Part shown: one piece after another, positions 9,291-18,149 of the stretch
Numbering within the stretch: position 1 is the first letter of the stretch
Layout of the letters: every line of letters begins with the position of its first letter
NCBI GenBank assembly: GCA_964291315.2
Contig: OZ219753.1
Location: forward strand, 3,104,001 to 3,168,000
Reading direction: 5' to 3'
DNA: 64,000 bases
DNA from: Candidatus Poribacteria bacterium
GTDB lineage: Bacteria; Poribacteria; WGA-4E; WGA-3G
Notes under the pieces: model-generated
What the model was told of the DNA's origin: nothing
Databases searched by the model: none
The model's input: only the letters and a program-made list of their open reading frames with translations
Made by a program: the position numbers and the translations under genes

Positions 9291-10034
9291 TTAGGAACAG
9301 GTCCGTTTTGTTAAAATTGCAACATAAGTCGGTGTATTCGTTGAGTAAATATAGTGCTGTGCATGCCACGCTGTGCCATCAAGGATGTCCTCCATTTCCT
9401 CTCTTGAAACGAACAGATAGTCAAACCATGGGGTCGCATAGTGGCGATAACGGATCCGTAATCGTAGTTGTCCGCTCATTCGTCCTTTGTCCCTATTCAA
9501 TTGATGATAGGCTAAGTGACACGGGGTTTCTGTCTGGTACGGATCAAGCGTTTCAGCGATAATTTTTGCGGTATCGCTTGTCATCGCATCGAAGCGTTTC
9601 AATAGCCACTTCGCTCTTTTGTAACTTCCGGTGAGTCCGAAGTTATGCCCCATCATAAGAATTGTGTCAAAGATACCTATTTTAGAACTTAATTGCGTGA
9701 TGGGTGCAACAATCGCGTTTTTGAGCCCGCGGGAATGACATGTCTGGATAGCTAAGGGTGAGATGTCAGTTCCTAAAACTGCGTACCCACGTGCTTGGAG
9801 GTAGAGACAGTGCCGTCCTGCCCCACAACCGATATCTAAGACACGTCCAGCAGCGTGGTCTATTGCGAGTTTCTGATGTTCAGCCCAATCGTTGTATTCA
9901 GCGAAGTAGTCGAGCGGCCCCAGCTGACTCGTATCAATAAAGCTATCCGATCTCTCTACAATCTCGACATTTTCTATACCGTTGTGGTAATCTGAAATCA
10001 AATGCCCGTAGGCATCTTGGGTGTCAGTTAGCAC
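9291..10034 (-). CDS. Class I SAM-dependent methyltransferase
   Basis: VLDIGCGAGRH motif I; likely GTG start just after the sulfatase stop. Confidence 0.85.
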   Translation of the reverse strand: MLTDTQDAYGHLISDYHNGIENVEIVERSDSFIDTSQLGPLDYFAEYNDWAEHQKLAIDHAAGRVLDIGCGAGRHCLYLQARGYAVLGTDISPLAIQTCHSRGLKNAIVAPITQLSSKIGIFDTILMMGHNFGLTGSYKRAKWLLKRFDAMTSDTAKIIAETLDPYQTETPCHLAYHQLNRDKGRMSGQLRLRIRYRHYATPWFDYLFVSREEMEDILDGTAWHAQHYIYSTNTPTYVAILTKRTCS

Positions 10035-10035
10035 T

Positions 10036-11388
10036 TTATCGTTCCTTGACGTAGCCGGTGGTTCCATTCGGATTAACCCACTTTGTTTTCCAATGCGTCT
10101 CGATGCCTTCGCGCCATGCCTGTGCTGCGTCTGTGAGTTCAGCAGTGAGTTCCGGATGCGTGTCTTTCAGGTTTTTTGTTTCACCCATATCGGTTTCGAG
10201 ATTAGCGAGGTGTACATTGTCCTCTGGCGGTGCTTTCTCTACTAATTGGCCACGAAGAACTAATTTCCAATTGCCTCGACGCACAGCGGTCTGCTTGCCC
10301 ATCTCCCAATAGATTTCACGATGCGGTGTAGATGCCCCGTCTGCAACCATGGGCAGGACATCGTGCCCATCAAGCGCGTATTCGGAGGGATTCCCACCTG
10401 CTGCTGCGAGAAAGGTTGGAAAGACATCCATTGCTGCTCCGACATCATTAATCACTTGTCCAGCAGGGATTCGTTGAGGCCAGTTCATAATTCCAGGTGA
10501 ACGGATACCGCCTTCATAGAGGCTGAACTTATGCCCCTTCAATTTACCAGCGGTGCCGCCATAATAGGGATCCTGTGTGCCATCTAACCAATTTCGGGTT
10601 TCCCGTGAAGGACCGTTATCACTTTGAAAATAGGAGAAGGTATTTTCTGCGAGTCCGAGTCTCTCTAATTCTGAAAAGATTTCTCCGACACTATCGTCAA
10701 CGGCGCTTAGCATCGCTGCCATGATTTGCCTGTCCCAGGGCAGCTCCGGAAAGCGATCCAGGTATTTCTGCGGAGCGTGCATCGGATAGTGTGGTGCGTT
10801 GTAAGGCACGTAAAGGAAAAAGGGCTTGCCGAGTTCAGCAGATTTGCGAATATATTGAATCGCGTATTCAGTGATGAGTTCAGTGAAGTATTCACCGTTT
10901 CGGTAGATTTCCTCTCCGTTCTCCCAGAGGTCATGTGTCTGATCCATGTCGGGTTGTGCCATACCCCAGTAAAAGATGTGGGAGAAAAAATCGATGCATC
11001 CTGCCATGAAACCGAACCAGTCGTGGAACCCGTGATGTTGTGGTCGTGATCCATCAGCGAGTCCAAGGTGCCATTTACCGGACATAGCGGTGTAGTATCC
11101 GCGTGCTTTGAGTGCTGTGGCGAGGGTGGGTACAGAAGATGGGAGTCCTGTAGCAGTGCGATGTCCTGCTAAAATGGATCGGACACCTGCATGACACGGG
11201 TAGCGTCCTGTTAGGAGTGCTGCGCGCGCCGGTGAACAGACAGGTGAATTCGAGTACCAATCTGTAAAACGAACCCCCTCGGCTGCCATTCTATCAAGGT
11301 GCGGTGTTTTGAAATCCGTAGCGCCCATACAAGACAAATCGCCGTATCCTTGGTCATCAGTTAAAAAAATAATAAAATTAGGTTGCAT
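10036..11388 (-). CDS. Cys-type sulfatase (S1 family)
   Basis: PNFIIFLTDD, CSPARAALLTGR, GKWHLG and SDNG motifs. Confidence 0.95.
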   Translation of the reverse strand: MQPNFIIFLTDDQGYGDLSCMGATDFKTPHLDRMAAEGVRFTDWYSNSPVCSPARAALLTGRYPCHAGVRSILAGHRTATGLPSSVPTLATALKARGYYTAMSGKWHLGLADGSRPQHHGFHDWFGFMAGCIDFFSHIFYWGMAQPDMDQTHDLWENGEEIYRNGEYFTELITEYAIQYIRKSAELGKPFFLYVPYNAPHYPMHAPQKYLDRFPELPWDRQIMAAMLSAVDDSVGEIFSELERLGLAENTFSYFQSDNGPSRETRNWLDGTQDPYYGGTAGKLKGHKFSLYEGGIRSPGIMNWPQRIPAGQVINDVGAAMDVFPTFLAAAGGNPSEYALDGHDVLPMVADGASTPHREIYWEMGKQTAVRRGNWKLVLRGQLVEKAPPEDNVHLANLETDMGETKNLKDTHPELTAELTDAAQAWREGIETHWKTKWVNPNGTTGYVKER

Positions 11389-11408
11389 CCTCTCATTTCT
11401 CCGTTGTA

Positions 11409-12947
11409 TCATTTTTTCCAGAAACTTCGGTCGAGGCTCCGATATTGTATGGCTTCGGAGACGTGAACGGCTTCTATATTCGGGTTTCGATCCAGATCGG
11501 CGATGGTGCGTGCAACTTTCAAAATTCGATCATAAGCCCGTGCACTTAATCCCAACTGGTTAATCGCAACCCGGAGCAGGTCTTGTGCTTGGGAGTTGAC
11601 TTGGCAATATTCCCGAATCTGTTTCGGTTGCATAGTTGCATTAGCATGTATTGTTGTGTGGGCAAAACGTTGCTGTTGGCTCTGGCGCGCCGCCTCAACC
11701 CTTTTCTGGACGATTTCAGAAGGTTCTCCAGTTGTTTCGGCAGCAAGTTCAGCATATTTTACAGCTGGCACCTCAACCTGAATATCGATCCGATCCAAAA
11801 GTGGACCTGAAATACGGGAAACATAATTCTGAATCTGAACTGGTGAGCATTTACAATCTCGGGTTGGGTCGCTGAAGTATCCACAAGGACAAGGGTTCAT
11901 TGCGGCAACGAGCATAAAATTAGCGGGGTAAGTGAGGGATGCTGCTGCGCGCGAAATTGTCACTTGTCGTTCCTCAAGAGGTTGCCGCATAACCTCAAGA
12001 ACATTACGTTTGAATTCGGGGAGTTCATCCAAAAAGAGGACTCCATTGTGTGCAAGACTCACTTCACCGGGGCGTGGGACATTTCCGCCTCCGATTAGGC
12101 CAGCATCTGAAATCGTATGATGCGGTGATCGGTACGGACGTGTTACCACCAAGGGCGTATCACTGGGGAGGATACCAAGAATGCTTTGAATCTTGGTTGT
12201 TTCTAAAGACTCCTCCATGGAGAGCCTGGGCAGAATAGTCGGAATTCGCTTCGCAATCATTGTTTTGCCAGACCCCGGAGGCCCAATCATAATGAGGTTA
12301 TGCCCGCCTGCAGCGGCAACCTCAACAGCACGCTTGACATGTTCCTGCCCTTTCACATCAATTAAATCAGTATGGGATTCTGGATGCTCACTATCCGTGT
12401 CAGCGTTGTGTGTGTAGACTTCAGGTGATATTTCCTTCTCACCATTAAGGAAGGCGGTAGCTTCAGCTAAACTCACAACTGGATAGACATTTATATCTTC
12501 TACAATCGCAGCTTCTTTGGCATTTTCGGCGGGAAGGATGAGGTGTTGGATGCCGTTTTCTTTCGCGGCGATGGCTATAGGGAGTGCTCCTTGTATGCCG
12601 CGAACGCTCCCATCGAGTGCAAGTTCACCTAAAACTATAGCGTTTTCAAGCCCTGTAGGCATGACCTGATTCGTTGCCGCCATAACCCCGATTGCGATAG
12701 GGAGATCAAACGCCGATCCCGCCTTGCGGATGTCCGCAGGCGCAAGGTTCGCCGTGATTCGGGTTTGCGGGAAGTAGAAGCCGGAGTTCTTAATAGCTGC
12801 GGTAACTCGATCTTTACTTTCCTTGATCGCACTGTCGGGCAAACCGACGGTGCTGAAAGCAGGTAACCCTCCGGCAACATCGACTTCAACTTTCACGATA
12901 TAAGCATCAATTCCCAGCATTGCACTGCTTAGGACTGTTGCAAGCAT
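11409..12947 (-). CDS. comM: YifB/ComM Mg-chelatase-like AAA+ ATPase
   Basis: VGLPD..IKES, GPPGSGKT, PGEVSLAHNGVLFLDE, MNPCPCG, SGPLLDRID and ARTIADL motifs. Confidence 0.93.
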   Translation of the reverse strand: MLATVLSSAMLGIDAYIVKVEVDVAGGLPAFSTVGLPDSAIKESKDRVTAAIKNSGFYFPQTRITANLAPADIRKAGSAFDLPIAIGVMAATNQVMPTGLENAIVLGELALDGSVRGIQGALPIAIAAKENGIQHLILPAENAKEAAIVEDINVYPVVSLAEATAFLNGEKEISPEVYTHNADTDSEHPESHTDLIDVKGQEHVKRAVEVAAAGGHNLIMIGPPGSGKTMIAKRIPTILPRLSMEESLETTKIQSILGILPSDTPLVVTRPYRSPHHTISDAGLIGGGNVPRPGEVSLAHNGVLFLDELPEFKRNVLEVMRQPLEERQVTISRAAASLTYPANFMLVAAMNPCPCGYFSDPTRDCKCSPVQIQNYVSRISGPLLDRIDIQVEVPAVKYAELAAETTGEPSEIVQKRVEAARQSQQQRFAHTTIHANATMQPKQIREYCQVNSQAQDLLRVAINQLGLSARAYDRILKVARTIADLDRNPNIEAVHVSEAIQYRSLDRSFWKK

Positions 12948-13017
12948 GTGGATATTCCTTCCAATTAGGTTAAAATTCGAATCTCTGCGGTTTGTTAGGA
13001 GCCAGTACCAAATCACA

Positions 13018-14037
13018 TTAATTTAAGTCGCCGGTCAGCTTGTGTAAGGTTTGGATCTGTCGATGGTTGGCGATTACCAACAGTGCGTCTCCGGCACCTA
13101 TTCTTTTATCTCCGGGGGGATTATAAAGAAATGCCCCGTCCGTATCGCGGATGGCGACGACAACCAATCCGGTTTGTTCTTTAATATTTGCAGATTTGAG
13201 AGAAATTCCATCTAAGGCAGAATTGCGCTGAACGATAGATTCAGCAAAATGGGTGCCTTGATGGTTTTGAGTGATATTCGCTAAAAACTCCACAAGATGC
13301 GGATAGAGTATACTAGAGGCGAGGCGGATTCCCCCAATATGATCTGGTAAGACAACTTCATCTGCCCCCGCCGTGATGAGTTTACCCGGCGAATTATCTT
13401 CAACGGCCTTAGAAGCTATTTTTAAACGCGGGTTGAGTTTCCTGGCCGAGATGACAACAAACAGATTATCTTGGTCTCTACTCAAGCAGGTAACGAGTCC
13501 TTGTGCGCGTGCTATACCTGCACGTACGAGCAATTCGTCATCGGTTGCATCACCTTGGAGGTATGGAAAGTCTCGTGTGTCGGAGAGGTGGATAAGGCGC
13601 TCTTCCTCGAATTCAATACCGACGAAATCCACATCTGCTTTTAGCATTTCGTCGAGTACATGCACGCCAGTGTCGCCAAGTCCACAGATGATATAGTGAT
13701 TTGATAATTTATCTACAGTTCGGATCATTTTTTGTTGTCGAAAAAAACTTTGTAGTTGCCCTTCAATCAGAAATAAGGTGGCGATAGTGACACTATAAGT
13801 GTAGACTCCAAACCCCCCGATGAGAAGCAGTATTGTGAAGATGCGTCCGTTATCGCTCATTTCCAGGTCCTCGTGACCTGCGGTTGTTAAGGTAATCACA
13901 GTCATATAGATTGCATCAAGTAGCTGCCAACCGTGTTGTGGATTGTCTCTTTCAATTATCAAGTACCCGAGAGTTCCCGTCAGAAGCAACCCGCCGAGCA
14001 TAGCGAAAGCAATTGTGATTTTACGTTGATAATTCAT
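13018..14037 (-). CDS. 2-TM potassium channel family protein with TrkA-N/TrkA-C (RCK) domains
   Basis: TM-pore-TM layout with DAIYMTVITLTTAG, then GLGDTG Rossmann motif, GDAT and a C-terminal TrkA-C. Confidence 0.88.
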   Translation of the reverse strand: MNYQRKITIAFAMLGGLLLTGTLGYLIIERDNPQHGWQLLDAIYMTVITLTTAGHEDLEMSDNGRIFTILLLIGGFGVYTYSVTIATLFLIEGQLQSFFRQQKMIRTVDKLSNHYIICGLGDTGVHVLDEMLKADVDFVGIEFEEERLIHLSDTRDFPYLQGDATDDELLVRAGIARAQGLVTCLSRDQDNLFVVISARKLNPRLKIASKAVEDNSPGKLITAGADEVVLPDHIGGIRLASSILYPHLVEFLANITQNHQGTHFAESIVQRNSALDGISLKSANIKEQTGLVVVAIRDTDGAFLYNPPGDKRIGAGDALLVIANHRQIQTLHKLTGDLN

Positions 14038-14240
14038 TCTCCTCTTTTCGTGACGGTATACTTAGCGTTTTCCCAAGCACACCGTTTTGTGGTCAGTTTT
14101 AGCATTTATTTAGACACTCGGCCTCGTTGCCTCTTTCCCACCAGGGGTGGGGACCGGTATAGGAAACCTTCCGTACTGCTGAAAGAAGGAGTTTATTTAT
14201 TTTGCGGTTTTACCATAAAATTCCCGTGATTCTCCTGAAG

Positions 14241-14825
14241 CTAATGCCTTCTTCTCGCACTGCGTTTGACAGCCGGATTCGGGTCGTGTTGTGCAATATC
14301 GAAGAGCGTACGGCGTTCGATTTTGTCGAGCATCGGCAAAAGCTTTGCGACTTCTATGCGCACACACGCCGCGGGGTCTTTAAGAGCCCGTTCAAACCAG
14401 CGTTCAGAGTCATCCGAGGCATGTTTCGCCAGAGCAGCGAGTGCGCCGGCGCGGATACGTTTATTCTTAGATTCGGCGTAGGGCAAAATAGGGGAAACAT
14501 ACCCTTCATCACACCGACTCATAATCCTCAAGGCACTACAGACTACATCGACCGATTCGTCTTCAAGATACAAAACACACCAATCGAATAGGTCCGTAAT
14601 CCCAGATTTTTCAAGAGATTGAAGTCCACGTATACGCCGCTTTGGATTCGGGTCGGAAATATCGACTATCCCGCGAGCAGAACAAGTATAGACTTCTGCA
14701 GATTGGATCGGTTCTTCTAGCGTGTTTGGATGTTGAACGTGGAGTGTGATTGTATTGTTCTGCATATGCTCGATTGGGTGCACTTCCGGACTGAAAGAAA
14801 TTTTGTCAAAAATGCGGGTAACCAC
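14241..14825 (-). CDS. HEAT-repeat protein
   Basis: Repeated D..x.VR..A..L helical units; start uncertain. Confidence 0.7.
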   Translation of the reverse strand: MVTRIFDKISFSPEVHPIEHMQNNTITLHVQHPNTLEEPIQSAEVYTCSARGIVDISDPNPKRRIRGLQSLEKSGITDLFDWCVLYLEDESVDVVCSALRIMSRCDEGYVSPILPYAESKNKRIRAGALAALAKHASDDSERWFERALKDPAACVRIEVAKLLPMLDKIERRTLFDIAQHDPNPAVKRSARRRH

Positions 14826-14940
14826 TGCTTACCTATTGTAAAGAACTCTTGGCGATTGATATGTTTTCCGGTACCAGATTCCATTCGGTTATTCATCCAA
14901 TGTGCTAACCGCAAGATGCCGCAATGGTTTCTACTCACAA

Positions 14941-15333
14941 TCAAGAGGGGTTTTGACTTTCCGCAACGGGTATCTCGTCTGTGGGTTCATCAGCGGGTGT
15001 CTCTTCTTCGGTTTGCTCGGTTTTTTCGTCCTCTTGTGCAGCCGTATCCTGTCTACTCAGGGCGCGGACGTAACCCATCCTGAGTTCATAGAGGGTATTG
15101 GCCAAGAAGTTAGCTTCCGGTGCGGTGAGGTTTCCTTTTGTCTTTTCTTCAAGCATCTCAATGCTATCAATAATCCGTTTCGTGAGCGGGAGGTTTACAA
15201 TCACCTTGTCTGTTTCGGGGTTACGGATCCCCTCTAAGTAGAGTTGGGCTGTCGTTACGAGATCCCCAAGAAAGGTGATGAAATTCATGGGCGGAAGTGT
15301 TTGCGTTTCTTGCTGGGCGGTAGTTTCTTCCAT
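14941..15333 (-). CDS. DUF1844-family protein
   Basis: IDSIEMLEEKTKGNLT.EA..L...LYELRM.Y signature. Confidence 0.85.
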   Translation of the reverse strand: MEETTAQQETQTLPPMNFITFLGDLVTTAQLYLEGIRNPETDKVIVNLPLTKRIIDSIEMLEEKTKGNLTAPEANFLANTLYELRMGYVRALSRQDTAAQEDEKTEQTEEETPADEPTDEIPVAESQNPS

Positions 15334-15395
15334 TTATTGTGCTTGCTCCTCACTTATTGCTATGTAGTGTGCAGATGTCTGGACAAAAGATTCTG

Positions 15396-15779
15396 CTATT
15401 CCTCATCGAATATGATAATTTGTGCAAGTAAGCTGCCTGCTTGGTTGTTGTTGCTCGGGTTTTCATTCATAGCGAGAAAGATAACGCCATCAGCGGGTGC
15501 AGGATTGTCGTAGCGTGAACCAACAGCAAAAACGGTGTCTTCAATCCTGGCAATAAGTGCTCCGATATTTGTGCCGGGTAATAGATAACCGTTGGAGCCT
15601 GGTGTCTTAGGCACCCCATCTCCGCCACACCATCCGGTCCGATTTTGCAGATCCGGGGACCACGCGCCCTCTGCATCAATAATGAGACGTTGTCCTTTTT
15701 TGACGCGCACGTAACTTTCCTGCCAGACGGGGCTTGGACGCGCCGTTCGAGTAACAGTTAAAGCCATATATGCCTCCAT
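15396..15779 (-). CDS. Small LecA/PA-IL-like beta-sandwich protein
   Basis: WQES.V.VKKGQ.L.I.A.G.W, GALIARI and FLAMNE..NN.GSL pattern. Confidence 0.55.
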   Translation of the reverse strand: MEAYMALTVTRTARPSPVWQESYVRVKKGQRLIIDAEGAWSPDLQNRTGWCGGDGVPKTPGSNGYLLPGTNIGALIARIEDTVFAVGSRYDNPAPADGVIFLAMNENPSNNNQAGSLLAQIIIFDEE

Positions 15780-15899
15780 TTATAACAAAATATACAATTA
15801 AACGAGAGTTCGAAAAAAGATAAACTTCACAAATCGGTCTTAGCAGTTAGCCGTTTCTGATTTGTCAACCGCTATCTGCTAACTGCTAGCCGATATCCA

Positions 15900-16502
15900 T
15901 TACTCTTTCTCTCGAATAGTAATGTTCATAATTGCGTCGCCAACGGTGATTCTGTCAACGACCTCCATACCGCTGACGACGTTTCCGAAAATGGTGTAAT
16001 CACTGTCAAGGATAGCATCGCCTCGACAGATAAAGAATTCTGATGCATAGGAGACACTCGCCCCTTCTTCTTTCGCTAGGGCGACAACGCCCCGCGACAT
16101 CTGTTGCGAACCGTTCTCAATTGGAAGTGTGTCTCCGGCGGCGAGATTCGATCCTGCTTGGACGAGAAGTTCTTCTGCGCGATTAAACTTCTCGCCTTTA
16201 TAATACATGACTTGGGCGTTCTTAATGAAATTCTTGGAAGTTTCGGGTGCTTCAGCTGCAAGAAATTCAAATTCAATAGTGCCCTTTGCCGTTTCAATAA
16301 CGGCCACCACCGTTGTGGGATCAATCTGAGGCTTTGCTGGCGAGCCCGTTGTGCCTGCCCCAGTGCGACGTGCGCGTGGTACGGGTGCAGGCTTGTCTTC
16401 TTGTGCGCAGCTCATCACAAAGGTAGCAAAGGAAACCGCCAGGATCAAGAGCACTGCAGACGTGAAGGTTTGGTATTGGTTATTCCGTTGTTGCCTTAAC
16501 AT
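15900..16502 (-). CDS. Divergent cyclophilin-type PPIase, lipoprotein
   Basis: Lipobox VMSC; ETAKGTI, APETSKNF, YTIFGNVVSGMEVV; several active-site positions diverged. Confidence 0.75.
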   Translation of the reverse strand: MLRQQRNNQYQTFTSAVLLILAVSFATFVMSCAQEDKPAPVPRARRTGAGTTGSPAKPQIDPTTVVAVIETAKGTIEFEFLAAEAPETSKNFIKNAQVMYYKGEKFNRAEELLVQAGSNLAAGDTLPIENGSQQMSRGVVALAKEEGASVSYASEFFICRGDAILDSDYTIFGNVVSGMEVVDRITVGDAIMNITIREKE

Positions 16503-17085
16503 ATTTTAACTTCGCCTCCAATCGGATTTTTGTCATGACATCGCCTATTGATAAATGATCAACGACATCCATCCCTTGAATTACACCACCAAAGGTAGTG
16601 TATTGACCATCAAGATGGGGTTGGGGTTTGAAGCAAATGTAGAATTGGCTCCCGGCTGAATTCGGTGTGTTTGCCCGAGCCATCGCCACGGTGCCTCTGA
16701 GATGTGGACGTTGGTTTGGACTCGTATACTCGTCAACGATATTCCAACCGGGACCACCTGTTCCATCGCCTTTCGGACATCCTCCCTGAATAATATTCAG
16801 ACCGGGCGCGTTGACCTTCCTATGAAATGTCAATCCATCATAGAACTTTAGATTAATCAGCTTAATGAAATTATTCACTGCCACCGGGGCAGCGTCGGGA
16901 TAAAACTCAAACACAAATATACCTTTGTCAGTTGTGACAACCGCTACCTGCTCTTCAGGCGTTAGATTTCGATTGAAAGGTAGCGCACAGCCGACTATGG
17001 TTATGAACACAAGTAGAAGCGCCAAAATTCCATAGAATGAACTTCGACGTGAAAATTGTAAGCGTAGATAATAAGCAGTTTTCAT
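16480..17085 (-). CDS. Cyclophilin-type peptidyl-prolyl isomerase, lipoprotein
   Basis: Lipobox IVGC; FYDGLTFHR, IQGG, GTVAMA, SAGSQFYI and HLDGQYTTFG motifs. Confidence 0.93.
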   Translation of the reverse strand: MKTAYYLRLQFSRRSSFYGILALLLVFITIVGCALPFNRNLTPEEQVAVVTTDKGIFVFEFYPDAAPVAVNNFIKLINLKFYDGLTFHRKVNAPGLNIIQGGCPKGDGTGGPGWNIVDEYTSPNQRPHLRGTVAMARANTPNSAGSQFYICFKPQPHLDGQYTTFGGVIQGMDVVDHLSIGDVMTKIRLEAKLKYVKATTE

Positions 17086-17107
17086 CTAACTTCCTTTGCT
17101 CTGCAGG

Positions 17108-17860
17108 CTAGTCGGTTTTCAGACTTGCCCAGACAGTTGTCAATCTGTCATGAAGATCGACGTACAAACTGACAGGTTCTGCCATATCTCTGAGCATTTC
17201 TTCCTTAGTTAAGGCGTAATTATAGATCTTAATTTCGTCAAGGGCTCCTGTAAGAAACCGCCCACTCCCACCGCGCGCGCCGATAAAAAGCGGGTCATTG
17301 TTCGGTTTCAGTTCTCCCTTACACGGCATGTCCGCTTCGAGTTCGCCATCGATGTAGAGCATGATATCGTCACCATCCCATATACCAACGAGAAAATGCC
17401 ATTCGCCATCCTGGATACTCGGACCGATGTTATCGTCGTTACACACATCAGGTAAATCGAAAAACTGCAGAATTGTCCCCCCGTTGTAAAGCGGAGCAAG
17501 ATTATATAAACCCGAAATCCAAGCGCTTCCTTTTTCAACACCACTCTGAATTGCTTCGCCACCTTTGACAAGTGCCCACAACTCAATAGTGATTGCATCA
17601 ACGATATCGAGACTTGAATGGTCCGGAATTTGCCCGGAGGTTTTGCCGTCAAATTCCAAGGCCTGTCCAAACACGCCTTCAATTAATTTCGGACTGCCTT
17701 TAAAGGTAGCATCGTTACCGAATTCCGACAAATCTTTTGCAACCTCCCCCTCCATTTCGTCAAAGGAAAGATGTAATACCAAATCTTGGGCATCACATAG
17801 GGCTGTGATCCCGATTAAAACAAAAGAAAAAATCAGCCAGATGACAGAAGTCTTTTTCAT
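17108..17860 (-). CDS. Secreted LamG/concanavalin-like domain protein with conserved C-terminal tail
   Basis: Signal peptide; LHLSFDE, GQALEFDG, WHFLVG.WDG, LDEIKIYNYAL; ends RLTTVWASLKTD. Confidence 0.88.
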   Translation of the reverse strand: MKKTSVIWLIFSFVLIGITALCDAQDLVLHLSFDEMEGEVAKDLSEFGNDATFKGSPKLIEGVFGQALEFDGKTSGQIPDHSSLDIVDAITIELWALVKGGEAIQSGVEKGSAWISGLYNLAPLYNGGTILQFFDLPDVCNDDNIGPSIQDGEWHFLVGIWDGDDIMLYIDGELEADMPCKGELKPNNDPLFIGARGGSGRFLTGALDEIKIYNYALTKEEMLRDMAEPVSLYVDLHDRLTTVWASLKTD

Positions 17861-17913
17861 TTTCTTCCTCCTTGCTAAGAGAGTTAATTGGCTGTACTAT
17901 TTTGCTCAAGAGA

Positions 17914-17942
17914 ATTATAAGCAACCTCTTTTTAGATGTCAA
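17914..17942 (-). promoter_or_regulatory. Sigma70-type promoter of the LamG gene/operon
   Basis: TTGACA-N17-TATAAT on the minus strand. Confidence 0.75.
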
Positions 17943-18044
17943 TCAAAATCTAAATTCCCTAAACAGTTAATATAACTTTAATAATAGCAAGTGTGAAAAA
18001 AAAAAGCAAGGATTTTCAACACCAAGGTCATTTTTAAGGATGGC

Positions 18045-18073
18045 TTGACGCGAAGCGTTTTAATTGATATGAT
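18045..18073 (+). promoter_or_regulatory. Sigma70-type promoter
   Basis: TTGACG-N17-TATGAT. Confidence 0.55.
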
Positions 18074-18149
18074 ATAATAGTGATAGCGTAGTAAATCTAA
18101 GGTATTACTTTTAACTAGAAGAATATAAGGTAGAATATAAGGGGTAATT

